Positions 43,268 through 53,438 of a stretch of 64,000 nt of DNA are shown one piece after another (position 1 is the stretch's first letter; every line of letters starts with the position of its first letter). A model generated the notes under the pieces. That model searched no databases and was not told the DNA's origin. It saw nothing but the letters and a program-made list of their open reading frames with translations. The position numbers and the translations under genes were made by a program. Origin of the DNA: Candidatus Latescibacterota bacterium (GTDB lineage Bacteria > Latescibacterota > UBA2968 > UBA8231). The stretch is from contig OZ252098.1 of the NCBI GenBank assembly GCA_965248355.1, positions 896,001 to 960,000 on the forward strand. Reading direction: 5' to 3'.

Positions 43268-44122
43268 ATGTCGTCATCAACGCTGCAGACCGATACCCTG
43301 GTCGATCGATACTTTCATGAGATAGAGAGTTCGGTCGGCCTCTCAGCTGCCGAGGAGATCGAAGTCGCCAAGCGGATCAAGGACGGCGACGAGGAAGCCC
43401 TGGGCGAGTTGGTCCAGGCCAACCTGCGCTTCGTCGTCAGCGTCGCCAAGCAGTACCAGAACCTCGGGCTCCCCTTGTCGGACCTGATCAACGAGGGCAA
43501 CCTCGGGCTGATGGTCGCCGCCCGGCGCTTCGACGGGTCGAAGGGTTTCAAGTTCATCTCCTACGCGGTCTGGTGGATCCGTCAGTCCATCCTGCAGGCG
43601 TTGGCCGAGCAGTCCAGGATCGTGCGACTGCCTCTGAACCGGATCGGCGAGCTCACCAAGGTCAACAAGTGCATGACCCGCCTCGAACAGCGCCTGGGCC
43701 GCGCCCCCGAGGTGGAGGAAGTCGCCGCCGAGCTCAAGACAAACCCGGACGACATGGAGATGGTTCTTCGTTTGGCCCAGCGGCCCGTGTCCCTCGAGAC
43801 ACCGTGCGACGAGCAGGAACCCGACCGCCGCTTGGGGGATTTGCTGCCCGACGACACCTTGAGGGCCTTCGATGAGGTCCTGTCGGAGGGGGACTTGCGG
43901 GAGGAGATCCAGTCGGCCATGGACGGCCTCACCCGGGGCGAGGCCCGCGTGTTGCGCATGTACTACGGGCTCGACGGCCAGGATCCGATGACGCTGGAGG
44001 AGATCGGCAGGTACGTGGGACGCACGCGCGAACGGGTACGCCAGATCAAGGAAAAGGCGCTGCAAAAGCTCAGGCACCCGAACCGCAGCGAGGTGCTCAA
44101 GGAGTACTACGGGGAGGACTGA
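43268..44122 (+). CDS. RNA polymerase sigma factor, RpoD/SigA family, short form lacking region 1.1
   Basis: ANLRFVVSVAKQY, DLINEGNLGL, FKFISYAVWWIRQ, RIVRLPLN, TRERVRQIKEKAL; GGAGG RBS. Confidence 0.96.
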   Translation: MSSSTLQTDTLVDRYFHEIESSVGLSAAEEIEVAKRIKDGDEEALGELVQANLRFVVSVAKQYQNLGLPLSDLINEGNLGLMVAARRFDGSKGFKFISYAVWWIRQSILQALAEQSRIVRLPLNRIGELTKVNKCMTRLEQRLGRAPEVEEVAAELKTNPDDMEMVLRLAQRPVSLETPCDEQEPDRRLGDLLPDDTLRAFDEVLSEGDLREEIQSAMDGLTRGEARVLRMYYGLDGQDPMTLEEIGRYVGRTRERVRQIKEKALQKLRHPNRSEVLKEYYGED

Positions 44123-44144
44123 GTCTCCCGGGGGGCGTGCTTGG

Positions 44145-44172
44145 TTGACAGAGTCAGGCCCTCCGGTATTTT
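44145..44172 (+). promoter_or_regulatory. Putative promoter for tRNA-Asn
   Basis: TTGACA-N16-TATTTT, about 30 nt before the tRNA. Confidence 0.55.
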
Positions 44173-44200
44173 TATCGCACAGATGTCGACGCCATGCGGT

Positions 44201-44276
44201 TCCGGCGTAGCTCAGTTGGCAGAGCGGGTGGCTGTTAACCACTTAGTCGTAGGTTCGAGTCCTACCGCCGGAGCCA
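44201..44276 (+). tRNA. tRNA-Asn (GTT)
   Basis: Acceptor stem TCCGGCG/CGCCGGA, D arm AGCTCAGTTGGCAGAGC, anticodon loop CT-GTT-AA, T arm GGTTCGAGTCC, encoded CCA; 76 nt. Confidence 0.98.
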
Positions 44277-44319
44277 AAAAAACACCCGGCCGCTGAGGTT
44301 CGCGGCTTCCTTGCCGGTC

Positions 44320-44348
44320 GAGACCCCGAGGGGACCCTTCGGGGTCTT
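44320..44348 (+). terminator. Stem-loop downstream of the tRNA
   Basis: GAGACCCCGAGGG-GAC-CCTTCGGGGTCTT; short U tract only. Confidence 0.5.
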
Positions 44349-44376
44349 GCCGTATCTGGCATCGATTTCCCTCCAC

Positions 44377-45627
44377 ATGATCTGGCCCTGCAAAAGGCTC
44401 GACTTCACCTGGGCCGACTGGCTCTTCGCCTTCCGGAGATGCTTGTGGCCCCCCCGGCGGGAGAGCGTTGCAGCGCGGGTGGAGGATCTGTGGTCGGCGA
44501 AGGGCGATGCCATCGCATGCCTCACGGTGCGCTCGGCCTTCGACCTGTACCTGCGTGCGAAGCAGTGGAGAGCCGGCGACGAGATCATCTTCAGCGCCCT
44601 CACCGTGTCGGACATGCCGCGGATCGCCCGGCAACACGGCCTGCGCGTGGTGCCTCTCGACATCGACCCTCTGACCGCGCGGTGGGACGAGCGCGCCTTG
44701 GAGCGGCGCATCGGACCTCGCACGCGAGCCGTCGTGCTCACACACCTCTTCGGGGCCCGGCTCGACGTGGAGCCGGCCGCGGCCATCGCCCGGCGGCACG
44801 GCGTCGCCGTGGTGGAGGACTGCGCGCAGGCTTACTCCGGACCGGACCAGACCGGCCATCCTCGGGCCGACCTGACGCTGTTCTCCTTCGGCCCCATGAA
44901 GATCGCCACCGCCCTTGGCGGAGGACTCGCCCGCGTCCCTCAGGCCGAGGTGCGGGCCTCGATGCGGGCGCTCCTGGAGCAGGACGCCTTGCACCCGACG
45001 CGCGAGTTCGCCCGCCGGGTGTTGCTCTACGGCGTGCTGAAGGCGGCATCCAATCCCAGCGTCTACGGCGGGCTGGTGGCCTTGGCGGAGTCGTTGGGTC
45101 TCCACCGGGAACGGTGGATCCATGGGCTCACGCGCAACGTGCCCGGCGATGGCCTCATGAGTCATATCCGCCGCCGACCTTGCGCCTCCCTGCTGAGCCT
45201 CCTCGAGCGCAGGCTGCAGGAGGGGGATGCGCCCATCGCCCGCCGCGCGGCTCCGGGAGCCGCTCTCTTCCGTGCTCTGGGCCAGGAAGTACAGCTGCCC
45301 ACGCGCGACGCGTACGCCCACGCGTACTGGATCGTGCCCGTTCTGGTCCGCAACCGCGAAGAGTTGAAGGACGGCCTTCGCCGCCACGGTTTCGATGCCA
45401 TGTCCGAACGGCTGAGCGTCGTTTCCGAAGGCGGGACGGAGGCGCCCGGGGCCCGGCGCCTGTCGGAGGTCCTTTACCTGCCCTTCGATCCGGGGATGCC
45501 CGAAAGCGAGCTCGAGCGGCTGGGGGCCCTTGTGACACGCCTGGTCGCCCGGGAGCGGGAGGGAACCGCTCAGCAGTTGACGATGCCGGCTTCCATCACC
45601 CGAGCTCTCCCAAACGAATCCCGTTAG
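44377..45627 (+). CDS. DegT/DnrJ/EryC1/StrS family PLP-dependent enzyme
   Basis: TRAVVLTHLFG, VVEDCAQ, FSFGPMKIATALGGG. Confidence 0.85.
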   Translation: MIWPCKRLDFTWADWLFAFRRCLWPPRRESVAARVEDLWSAKGDAIACLTVRSAFDLYLRAKQWRAGDEIIFSALTVSDMPRIARQHGLRVVPLDIDPLTARWDERALERRIGPRTRAVVLTHLFGARLDVEPAAAIARRHGVAVVEDCAQAYSGPDQTGHPRADLTLFSFGPMKIATALGGGLARVPQAEVRASMRALLEQDALHPTREFARRVLLYGVLKAASNPSVYGGLVALAESLGLHRERWIHGLTRNVPGDGLMSHIRRRPCASLLSLLERRLQEGDAPIARRAAPGAALFRALGQEVQLPTRDAYAHAYWIVPVLVRNREELKDGLRRHGFDAMSERLSVVSEGGTEAPGARRLSEVLYLPFDPGMPESELERLGALVTRLVAREREGTAQQLTMPASITRALPNESR

Positions 45628-45668
45628 CCCGTTGATTCTCGCCCTTCTCTCCGTACTCACGGGCATCG

Positions 45669-47198
45669 ATGGCCCTGAACCCGGATCGCGCACTCACGGC
45701 TGATCCGAGCCCTTCGATCGGCATACGGGCGTGGTGGCTGACGCTGGGCCGCCTGGCCCACGTCGCCTCCCTTCTGCTGGTGTGGGCGATCCTGTCCCGT
45801 ACCCTGTCCCACGTGGAATACGGTCAGTACCAACTGGTCTGGTTGTACCTGAATATCGTGATACCCGTTTTCCTGTTCGGAATGCCCGTGAGCATCAGCT
45901 ACTTCCTGGCTCCATCGGAAGGCCTCCACCGCCACCGGCAGGCCGCCCAGCACGTCGTCCTGATCGTCCTGCTCGCCGCCCTGTTCGCGCTCTGCGCTGG
46001 AGGCCTCTGGATAGTGGGGGGCGTCGGTCCTCTCGCCATTCCGGCCGAGGTGGAGCCTCTCATGCCGCTCCCGGTGTTCATCGGTTTCGGAATGATCGCC
46101 TGCGGATTCCTCGAGCCCGTTCTCATCGTCTACGGAAGACTCAGGGTCCTGGCCGGGTCGCTCTTCCTGTTCTCGAGCCTGCACCTCGCAGCGGTGCTGG
46201 CGGGTTGGTTCCTCGGGGGATCGCTGGGGTGGGTCTTCGCGTGTCTGAGCGGTGCCGTGGGACTGAGGGTTGTCTGGAGCTATGTCCTCTTGTTCAAGCT
46301 GTTGCGGCCCCTGCCCCGCGACTTTCACCGGCGTCCTTTCACGGAGCCATTGACGTACGTATGGCGCATAGGCCTTCGCGACGCCATCGAGGTGCTGTCC
46401 AGGTACTCCGACAAGCTGATCTTCGCCTCCTTCTTTACCACCGCCCAGCTGGCAGTCTACTTCAACGGTGCCTGGGAACTCCCTCTGGTGGCCATCGTCG
46501 TCCATTCTCTGCTGGCCGTTCTGCTGCCCGAGTTGCGAGTGGTCTACCGCCGTGGAGAGATGGACAGGGTCCTGGCCCTTGTGCATCTGGCCGCCAGGAG
46601 GGTGGCCTTGCTGCTGTTCCCGGTGGCGGCCTTCTCCTTCGCGGTGGCCCCTGAGCTGACGAGCCTCCTCTTCAGCGAAGACTATCGCGCCAGCGGTACC
46701 GTCTTCCGCGTCTTCCTTTTCCTGCTTCCCTTGCGGGTCTCGACGGCCGGGCCGGTGCTGCTGGCCGCGAACCGGACCCGGGCGGTCCTCCTGGGCACCG
46801 TGATGGACCTGGTGCTGGCCGTCGTGCTGGGACTGGCTTTGATACCCTGGCTGGGGACGCTGGGGCCGGCGGTGGCGCTCATCGTGAGCACGTCCTGCCA
46901 GGTCGGCCTCTACAACTGGCGGGCGGCGGCAGCCATCGACCGGCGCTTGCTCGACATGCTGCCGTGGCGGGCTCTCGGCCGGCTGGCCTTGCCGAGCCTG
47001 ACCGCGGCCCTGGGGGCTTCCTTCTGCGTGCGCTTCGAGTCGGCTGGCTTGAACCTGGCCGCAGCCGGCGGCGCCTTCGTCCTGTTCCTTGCCGGGCTGG
47101 GTCTCGGCCTGCGCTTGTTCGAGGCCGAAGAGCGGGGCGTGGTGATCGGGTCCTGCCGTATGGCGGCGGCGAGGTGCCGATCCATCCTGGGTTCGTAG
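45669..47198 (+). CDS. Oligosaccharide flippase (Wzx/MOP superfamily)
   Basis: LSRTLSHVEYGQY, DKLIFASFF..LAVY, LFSEDY, LIPWLGTLGPAVA; 12-14 TM helices. Confidence 0.88.
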   Translation: MALNPDRALTADPSPSIGIRAWWLTLGRLAHVASLLLVWAILSRTLSHVEYGQYQLVWLYLNIVIPVFLFGMPVSISYFLAPSEGLHRHRQAAQHVVLIVLLAALFALCAGGLWIVGGVGPLAIPAEVEPLMPLPVFIGFGMIACGFLEPVLIVYGRLRVLAGSLFLFSSLHLAAVLAGWFLGGSLGWVFACLSGAVGLRVVWSYVLLFKLLRPLPRDFHRRPFTEPLTYVWRIGLRDAIEVLSRYSDKLIFASFFTTAQLAVYFNGAWELPLVAIVVHSLLAVLLPELRVVYRRGEMDRVLALVHLAARRVALLLFPVAAFSFAVAPELTSLLFSEDYRASGTVFRVFLFLLPLRVSTAGPVLLAANRTRAVLLGTVMDLVLAVVLGLALIPWLGTLGPAVALIVSTSCQVGLYNWRAAAAIDRRLLDMLPWRALGRLALPSLTAALGASFCVRFESAGLNLAAAGGAFVLFLAGLGLGLRLFEAEERGVVIGSCRMAAARCRSILGS

Positions 47199-47237
47199 AT
47201 TGAGCGGCGTCGCCCTTGCTGTCCCGGTGGCTGCGAT

Positions 47238-49229
47238 TCAGGCTGGGGGGGCGATCGCGCGGATCGCTTCGACCGCCTCGGGATTGACCAGGCTCGAGGT
47301 GTCCCCGGGGTCTTCCCCGAGGTAGGCGGCCCTCAGCACGCGGCGCATCAGCTTGGCGTTGCGCGTCTTGGGAAGATCCGGCACGAACAGGATGCGAGCC
47401 GGACGCAGGGGCTTGCCCATCTCCTCGACGATGCGCTCGCTGAGAGCGGCCTCCAGCTCGCCGCCGGCGGAGCACCCTTTCTCGAGCACGCAGAAACAGA
47501 CGATTCTCTCGCCCTTCAACTCGTCCGGCGCGCCCACGGCACCGGCCTCGACCACGGCCGGATGGGCCACCAGGACCGACTCGAACTCGGAGGGGCCTGC
47601 GCGCTTCCCGCCGACGTTGATGGTGTCGTCGGAGCGTCCCAGGATCCACCAGTGTCCGTCGTCGTCGACCAGGGCCCAGTCCCCGTGGACCCATACATCG
47701 GGGAACCGCGACCAGTAGGTCTCCAGGTAGCGCCGATCGCCCTCGTCCCGCCAGAAGCCGCGAGTCATGCCGATCCAGGGCGTGCGTACGGCGAGCTCGC
47801 CCACCTCGTTGCGCACGGGGCGGCCCTCCTCGTCGAGGACGACGACGTCCATCCCGGGACAGGGCGCCGAGAACGCGGCCGGCTTGGCCGGTCTCAGGGG
47901 ATTGTCCATGAGGATGCCGCCGCTCACCTCGGTGCCGCCGGAGTAGTTGACGATGGGGATGCGCCCGCCGCCCACCTCCTGGAGCAGCCAGCGCCAGGGC
48001 TCGGGGTTCCAGGGCTCGCCGGTGGAGCCGAAGGAGCGGAGCCGGGAGAGGTCGCGGTGGCGGTGGTGCTCCGCTCCGCTGGACTTGAGAGCGCGCACCA
48101 GGGTGGGGGACAGCCCGAGCTGGGTCAGACCGTGGCCTTCGGCCATGGACCAGATGCGTCCGGGGTCCGGGTAGTCGGGGGCCCCCTCGTACAGGAAACA
48201 GGCGGCGCCGAGAAGGCTGGCCCCGAAGACCAGCCAGGGGCCCATCATCCAGCCCATGTCCGTGATCCAGTAGACGAGGTCTCCCGGGTGGACATCGAGT
48301 CCGAAGGACATGTCCTGGGCCGCCTTCACGGGAAAGCCGCAATGGGTGTGCACCGCTCCCTTGGGGCGGCCCGTGGTGCCGGAGGTGTAGAGGATCATCA
48401 CGGTCTCCTCGGCCTCCGTGTCCCGGGGGGGGCAGCCCGGATCCTGATCGGACACCAGGCGGTGCCACCAGTGGTCCCGTCCCCCGCGCATGTCCACCGT
48501 GATTCCGGCGTGCCGCAAGACGAGGACCGACCGCACACCGGGCACCTGGGCCAGGGCGGCGTCGGCGACGCTCTTCAGAGGGACCTTCCCGCCCCGGCGG
48601 GAGAAGCCGTCGGCGGTGATCAGAGCCGTGGCGCCGGCGTCGGAGAGGCGGGAGGCGATGGCTCCAGCCCCATAGCCGGTGAACAGGGGAAGGACCACGC
48701 CGCCGATGCGCGCCACGGCGAGCAGGGCCACGACGATCTCCGCCGTCATGGGCAGCAGGAGACCGACACGGTCGCCGGGGGCGATGCCCAGTTCCCGCAG
48801 GGCGTTGGCGCATCGACCGACGGAGGCCGCCAGCTCGGCGTAGGTGAGCGTCGTGACCTCCCCCGCCTCGGACTCGGCGACCACGGCCCTGCGGCTCGCG
48901 GTCTCGGGGGATTCGAGCCAGCGGTCGAGGCAACTGACGGTGATGTTCATGCGGCCCCCGGGGCACCAGCGGGGCAGGGCGGGACCCCGGCTCAGGTCGA
49001 CGACGCGGTCGTACGGAGTCGAGAACCGGATCCCCAGGAACTGCAGGACCGCCTCGGTGAACCCGGCCACGTCCCGGGTCGACCGGGTCATGAGCTCGTC
49101 GAAGTCGGCCGCTCCATAGAGGCTCATGAAGGCCCTGAGATTGGCGCGGGCCCGACGGGACGGTTCCGGGTACCAGGCGATCGAGTCGGCGTCCGGAAGG
49201 GGGTGCCTGTCCGGCGAGGATTCCGTCAT
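47238..49229 (-). CDS. AMP-binding acyl-CoA synthetase (acetyl-CoA synthetase-like)
   Basis: YTSGTTGRPKG, STGEPW, NYSGGTE, GRSDDT, LPKTRNAK. Confidence 0.95.
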   Translation of the reverse strand: MTESSPDRHPLPDADSIAWYPEPSRRARANLRAFMSLYGAADFDELMTRSTRDVAGFTEAVLQFLGIRFSTPYDRVVDLSRGPALPRWCPGGRMNITVSCLDRWLESPETASRRAVVAESEAGEVTTLTYAELAASVGRCANALRELGIAPGDRVGLLLPMTAEIVVALLAVARIGGVVLPLFTGYGAGAIASRLSDAGATALITADGFSRRGGKVPLKSVADAALAQVPGVRSVLVLRHAGITVDMRGGRDHWWHRLVSDQDPGCPPRDTEAEETVMILYTSGTTGRPKGAVHTHCGFPVKAAQDMSFGLDVHPGDLVYWITDMGWMMGPWLVFGASLLGAACFLYEGAPDYPDPGRIWSMAEGHGLTQLGLSPTLVRALKSSGAEHHRHRDLSRLRSFGSTGEPWNPEPWRWLLQEVGGGRIPIVNYSGGTEVSGGILMDNPLRPAKPAAFSAPCPGMDVVVLDEEGRPVRNEVGELAVRTPWIGMTRGFWRDEGDRRYLETYWSRFPDVWVHGDWALVDDDGHWWILGRSDDTINVGGKRAGPSEFESVLVAHPAVVEAGAVGAPDELKGERIVCFCVLEKGCSAGGELEAALSERIVEEMGKPLRPARILFVPDLPKTRNAKLMRRVLRAAYLGEDPGDTSSLVNPEAVEAIRAIAPPA

Positions 49230-49283
49230 CGCTGCTCATTCCGACCTGCGTTGCGGGGGAGGGCGCCGGATGGCGCCCCGGCA

Positions 49284-50405
49284 TCAGACCGCGTAGGCCA
49301 CCGAGCCGTCCTGGCGAAGGGGGGTGGCGCCCGTGTTCATCGGCTGGAAGGGCCGTTCGGGGATCAACTCGTCCACCAGCTCCACACCAAGGCCCGGCAC
49401 CTCGGGCACGGGAATATGGCCGCCCTCGCGCCGGTGGGCGCAGCGGTACACCGCGTTCGCCTCGGCCTCGTCGCCCTTGGTGTACTCCTGGGTGATGAAG
49501 TTGGGGATGGAGGCGTCCAGGTGCACGGAGGCGGCCGTCACCAGGGGGCCGAGGAAGTTGTGAGTCACCACGGCGCAGTGGTAGGCCTCGGCGATGGCGG
49601 CGATCTTCTTGCACTGGGTCAGGCCCCCGGCCAGACCCACGTCCGGCCTCACGTACTGGGGGCCGCCGCTCTCCAGCAACTCGCGGAACTCCCAGATGGT
49701 GGTCAGCCGTTCCCCGTTGCCCATGGGCACGTTCGAACGCCGCGCCACCTCGGCCTGGGTCTGGACGCTGTCGATCTGGATGGGGTCCTCGAGGAAGAAC
49801 AGGTTGAAGGGCCGCAGCGCCTCGGCCAGGGTCCAGGCGGTCATGGGGGTCAGCTTGCGGTGGACCTCCACGATCAGGTCGAGGTCGGGCCCGCCGCCCT
49901 CACGGGCCGCGGCGACGAGATCCCGGGCCCGCCCCACCATGCGGTCGATGCCGGTGTCGATGTGGTGGACGGGGTCGAACTTCAGGGCCGTGAATCCCTC
50001 GGCCACAGCGTTCCTCGCGGACTCTAACATGGCCTCCGGCGTATCGGCCCCGCCCAGGAGGTGGAGGCGGATGCGGTCCCGGCAGCGGCCTCCGAGAAGC
50101 TCCCAGACGGGCGCCTGGTAGTGCTTCCCCTTGATGTCCCACAAGGCGATGTCCACGGCGCTCACGGCCCCGGCCAGGGCCGTTCCCCGGAATGGGGACA
50201 TGCGATAGAGGTGTTGCCAGTGGTGCTCGATGCGCAACGGGTCCTGCCCGATGAGATAGCGCTCGAAGGCGGCCACGATGCTCCGCACGGCCTCGGGGTA
50301 GCCCCAGCAGGCGGTCTGCCCGACGCCGGTCAGGCCGTTGTCGGTGGTGATACGCACGACGTAGCCGCCGCCGATCAGGAAGGATTCGATGCGTTCGATC
50401 TTCAT
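49284..50405 (-). CDS. Mandelate racemase family, galactonate dehydratase-like
   Basis: AVSAVDIALWDIKGK, GFTALKF, EVH, FLEDP, GERL, HNFLGP, PGLGVEL. Confidence 0.9.
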   Translation of the reverse strand: MKIERIESFLIGGGYVVRITTDNGLTGVGQTACWGYPEAVRSIVAAFERYLIGQDPLRIEHHWQHLYRMSPFRGTALAGAVSAVDIALWDIKGKHYQAPVWELLGGRCRDRIRLHLLGGADTPEAMLESARNAVAEGFTALKFDPVHHIDTGIDRMVGRARDLVAAAREGGGPDLDLIVEVHRKLTPMTAWTLAEALRPFNLFFLEDPIQIDSVQTQAEVARRSNVPMGNGERLTTIWEFRELLESGGPQYVRPDVGLAGGLTQCKKIAAIAEAYHCAVVTHNFLGPLVTAASVHLDASIPNFITQEYTKGDEAEANAVYRCAHRREGGHIPVPEVPGLGVELVDELIPERPFQPMNTGATPLRQDGSVAYAV

Positions 50406-50577
50406 CGCCGAGGGGTCTCCGCTTTTTCGAGACAGGGCTCTGCCGGCTATATTAGCAACCCCTGCCTCGACGACGCGAACCTCCGGCCGTTTCGCCCCAC
50501 CGCAACCGGCCGCTGCGCCCCTGCCGGCTCGGCGCGTCATCGATGTGCCCGCGAGCGATTCCCGGGAGCGAGGACGG

Positions 50578-51534
50578 ATGGAATACGTACAACTTGGGAG
50601 GCTCGGTGTTCGCGTGAGCCGGATCTGTCTGGGCACCGCCTTCCGCGGCCAGCGCGACGACGGCGTCGCCATGCGCGTCATCGATCGGGCCATCGACCTG
50701 GGGTGCAACTTCATCGACTGCGCCAACTTCTACGGCCGGGGGCGCTCCGAGACCGTCCTCGGGCGGGCCATCCGGGACAAGCGCGACGATTTGTTCCTCA
50801 CCACCAAGGTGTGGAGCCGGATGGGGCCCGGACCCAACGACGCCGGATCCTCGCGCTACCACATCGCCCGCGAGGTCGAGCGCAGCCTCGGGCGGCTCGG
50901 CACCGACCGCATCGACCTCTACCTGCTTCACAGCTGGGATCCCGACTCGCCCCTGGACGAGACCCTGCGGGCCATGGACGACCTGGTGCGCCAGGGCAAG
51001 GTCCTCTACGTGGGCGCCTGCAATTTCACCGCCGCCCAGGCCGTGGAAGGTCTGTGGACGGCCGACCGCCTCGGCCTCGACGCCTTCGCCTGCCTGCAGA
51101 ACGAGTACAACCTACTTCACCGCTGGGAGATCGAGGCGGAGTTGCTGGCCCTGGTCCGCCGCCGCGGGCTCGGGATGATGACCTACAGCCCGCTGGCCGT
51201 GGGCCTGCTCACCGGACGCTTTCGCCGCGGACAGCCGCCGCCCCCGGGATCGCACTGGGCGGGACGCCAGGACTTCGACCAGACCATGTCCGAGCGCACC
51301 GACGGCGTCGTGCAGACTCTCGTCGACATCGGCTCGCGACACGGCCGGACACCCGCCCAGGTGGCCCTGGCCTGGCTTCTCGACCACCCGGAGGTGACGG
51401 CGCCGATGATCGGCCCGGACCGGCCCGAGCACGTGGACGAAACCCTCGCTGCCGTCGACTGGCAGCTTCCGTCCGAGGATCGAGCCACCCTCGACGCGGT
51501 GACGAAGGTGGAGCTGTCACGGCAGTACAAGTGA
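50578..51534 (+). CDS. Aldo/keto reductase
   Basis: LGRLGVRVSRICLGT, DCANFYG, LGTDRIDLYLLH, QNEYNL, YSPLAVGLL. Confidence 0.95.
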   Translation: MEYVQLGRLGVRVSRICLGTAFRGQRDDGVAMRVIDRAIDLGCNFIDCANFYGRGRSETVLGRAIRDKRDDLFLTTKVWSRMGPGPNDAGSSRYHIAREVERSLGRLGTDRIDLYLLHSWDPDSPLDETLRAMDDLVRQGKVLYVGACNFTAAQAVEGLWTADRLGLDAFACLQNEYNLLHRWEIEAELLALVRRRGLGMMTYSPLAVGLLTGRFRRGQPPPPGSHWAGRQDFDQTMSERTDGVVQTLVDIGSRHGRTPAQVALAWLLDHPEVTAPMIGPDRPEHVDETLAAVDWQLPSEDRATLDAVTKVELSRQYK

Positions 51535-53438
51535 CCGGCGGAGGGTCGGGTGCGCTCCCCGCAAGCGCCCGGCCCGCGGGAAGCCCTCTGCAGCCCCCGG
51601 AGGAGGTCTGGCTCCACTCCGACCTTCGGGGCCGCTATGAGCGCTCGTACCGGTTCTCCCGGCTCGAGGCGAGTCTGCAGGCCGACGAAGCGGGAGCTGT
51701 TGCCGGGCTCCTGACGGCCGTGGAAGAGGCCGTGAGCCGCGGCCTGCACGCCGTGGGCTTCGTCTGCTACGAAGCGGCGCCGGCCTTCGACCCGGCCCTG
51801 TCCTCCCGGCCGGGGGATCCGCTGCTGCCCCTTGCCTGGTTCGGGATCTACCGGAAGAGGCGGGATGCCGCCACCACCGACGGGCCGCCTTTCCTGAAGT
51901 ACAGACTGGGCCCTTGGGAGCCGGGCCGCAGCCCGCGGGCACACGCCGCCGCCGTGCGCCGCATTCACGACCATATCGCCGCGGGAGACACCTACCAGGT
52001 GAACTACACCTTTCCCCTGGAAGCCTCCTTCGCGGGCGATCCCGGAGGACTCTACCGCGACCTGCGGCGCTCCCAGGGAGGCGCCGGGTTCTGTGCCTTT
52101 CTGGACCTCGGGCGGGCCGTGGTGGTCTCCGCCTCACCGGAGTTGTTCTTCGCGCTCGGCGCTGACGGCCGCATCGAGGCGCGTCCCATGAAGGGCACCC
52201 GCCCCCGGGGACGCTGGCTGGAGGAAGACGAGGAACTCGCCCGCGAGCTGATGGCCAGCAGCAAGGAGCGGGCGGAGAACGTCATGATCGTGGACCTGCT
52301 GCGGAACGACCTCGGCCGGGTGGCCAGGAGCGGGTCGGTGCGAGTACCCCGCTTGTGGCAGGCGGAGGCTCTGGACACGGTCTGGCAGATGACCTCGACG
52401 GTCACCGCAAGGCTGCGGGAGGAGGTGGGGTTGCGGCAGATCTTCGAGGCCCTGTTCCCCTGCGGATCGGTCACCGGGGCGCCGAAGGTGCGCACGACCC
52501 GGATCATCCGACAGCTCGAGACCACCCCTCGGGGGGTGTACACGGGCTCCATCGGTTACCTGTCTCCAACCGGCCGGGAAGGCGGTGCGGGCCGGCTGCG
52601 GGGGATGGAAGCCCGGTTCTCGGTCGCCATCCGCACGGTCACCCTCGACCGAACGGCCGGCATCGCCAGGGCCGGGGTGGGCGGCGGCATCACCTCCGAC
52701 TCGGAGGCTTCCTCCGAGTACCGGGAATGCCTGACGAAGGCCCGCTTCCTGACCCCTTCCGCGCCCGAGTTCGAGCTCCTCGAGCGTCTCCTGTTTGAGC
52801 CGGAACACGGATACTATCTTCTCGAGCGCCATCTGCGCAGGCTGGAGGGCTCGGCGAGGTATTTCGGATTCGACTTCGACGAAGCCCGGGTGCGCTCCAG
52901 CCTTGCCGCCGCCGCCGCCGGGGCCCGCCGGCCCCTGAGCGTGCGACTGACGATGACCAGGGACGGCCGCACCGCCGTCGAGTCCTTCGAGGCCGAGGCG
53001 GCCCCCTCGGAGATGACGGCGGTCATCGCCCGGCGGGTCGTGGTCGACGACGAGGACCGGTTCCTCTACCACAAGACCACCAACCGCGGGGTCTACGACA
53101 CGGCCCGGACCGAGGCGCGCCGACGCGGCGCCCAGGAGGCGATTCTGCGCAACCAGCGCGGCGAGGTCACCGAAGCCACGGGGGGAAACGTGGTGGTGGA
53201 AACGGCGTCCGGGCGCTTCACTCCGCTCCTTTCCAGCGGACTTCTGCCCGGGACGATGCGCGCCGAATTGCTGGCCAGGGGCGAGGCGAAGGAGCGCCGC
53301 ATGCGGGTGGAGGACCTGGAAGCCGCGAAGGCGGTGTACCGGATCGATTCGGTACGGCGCAAGGTGCGCCTGAGGATTCTGGACACGGCCGGCCGGGAGG
53401 CCGTGCCGAAACGAGAGACCGCCGGCTCCGGCCGGTGA
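51531..53438 (+). CDS. pabB: Aminodeoxychorismate synthase component I fused to ADC lyase-like domain
   Basis: GDTYQVNYT, SPELFF, PMKGT, AENVMIVDLLRND, CGSVTGAPK; C-terminal HKTTNR, GEVTE, SGLLPG. Confidence 0.93.
   Translation: MTGGGSGALPASARPAGSPLQPPEEVWLHSDLRGRYERSYRFSRLEASLQADEAGAVAGLLTAVEEAVSRGLHAVGFVCYEAAPAFDPALSSRPGDPLLPLAWFGIYRKRRDAATTDGPPFLKYRLGPWEPGRSPRAHAAAVRRIHDHIAAGDTYQVNYTFPLEASFAGDPGGLYRDLRRSQGGAGFCAFLDLGRAVVVSASPELFFALGADGRIEARPMKGTRPRGRWLEEDEELARELMASSKERAENVMIVDLLRNDLGRVARSGSVRVPRLWQAEALDTVWQMTSTVTARLREEVGLRQIFEALFPCGSVTGAPKVRTTRIIRQLETTPRGVYTGSIGYLSPTGREGGAGRLRGMEARFSVAIRTVTLDRTAGIARAGVGGGITSDSEASSEYRECLTKARFLTPSAPEFELLERLLFEPEHGYYLLERHLRRLEGSARYFGFDFDEARVRSSLAAAAAGARRPLSVRLTMTRDGRTAVESFEAEAAPSEMTAVIARRVVVDDEDRFLYHKTTNRGVYDTARTEARRRGAQEAILRNQRGEVTEATGGNVVVETASGRFTPLLSSGLLPGTMRAELLARGEAKERRMRVEDLEAAKAVYRIDSVRRKVRLRILDTAGREAVPKRETAGSGR

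Noticed and set aside
43023..43325. 100-aa ORF in the sigma factor leader
   Set aside because: No RBS, Pro-rich atypical composition, overlaps the sigma start; probably non-coding, though a leaderless uORF cannot be excluded
51531..53438. PabB-PabC fusion as a novelty
   Set aside because: This bifunctional architecture is already well known in many bacteria
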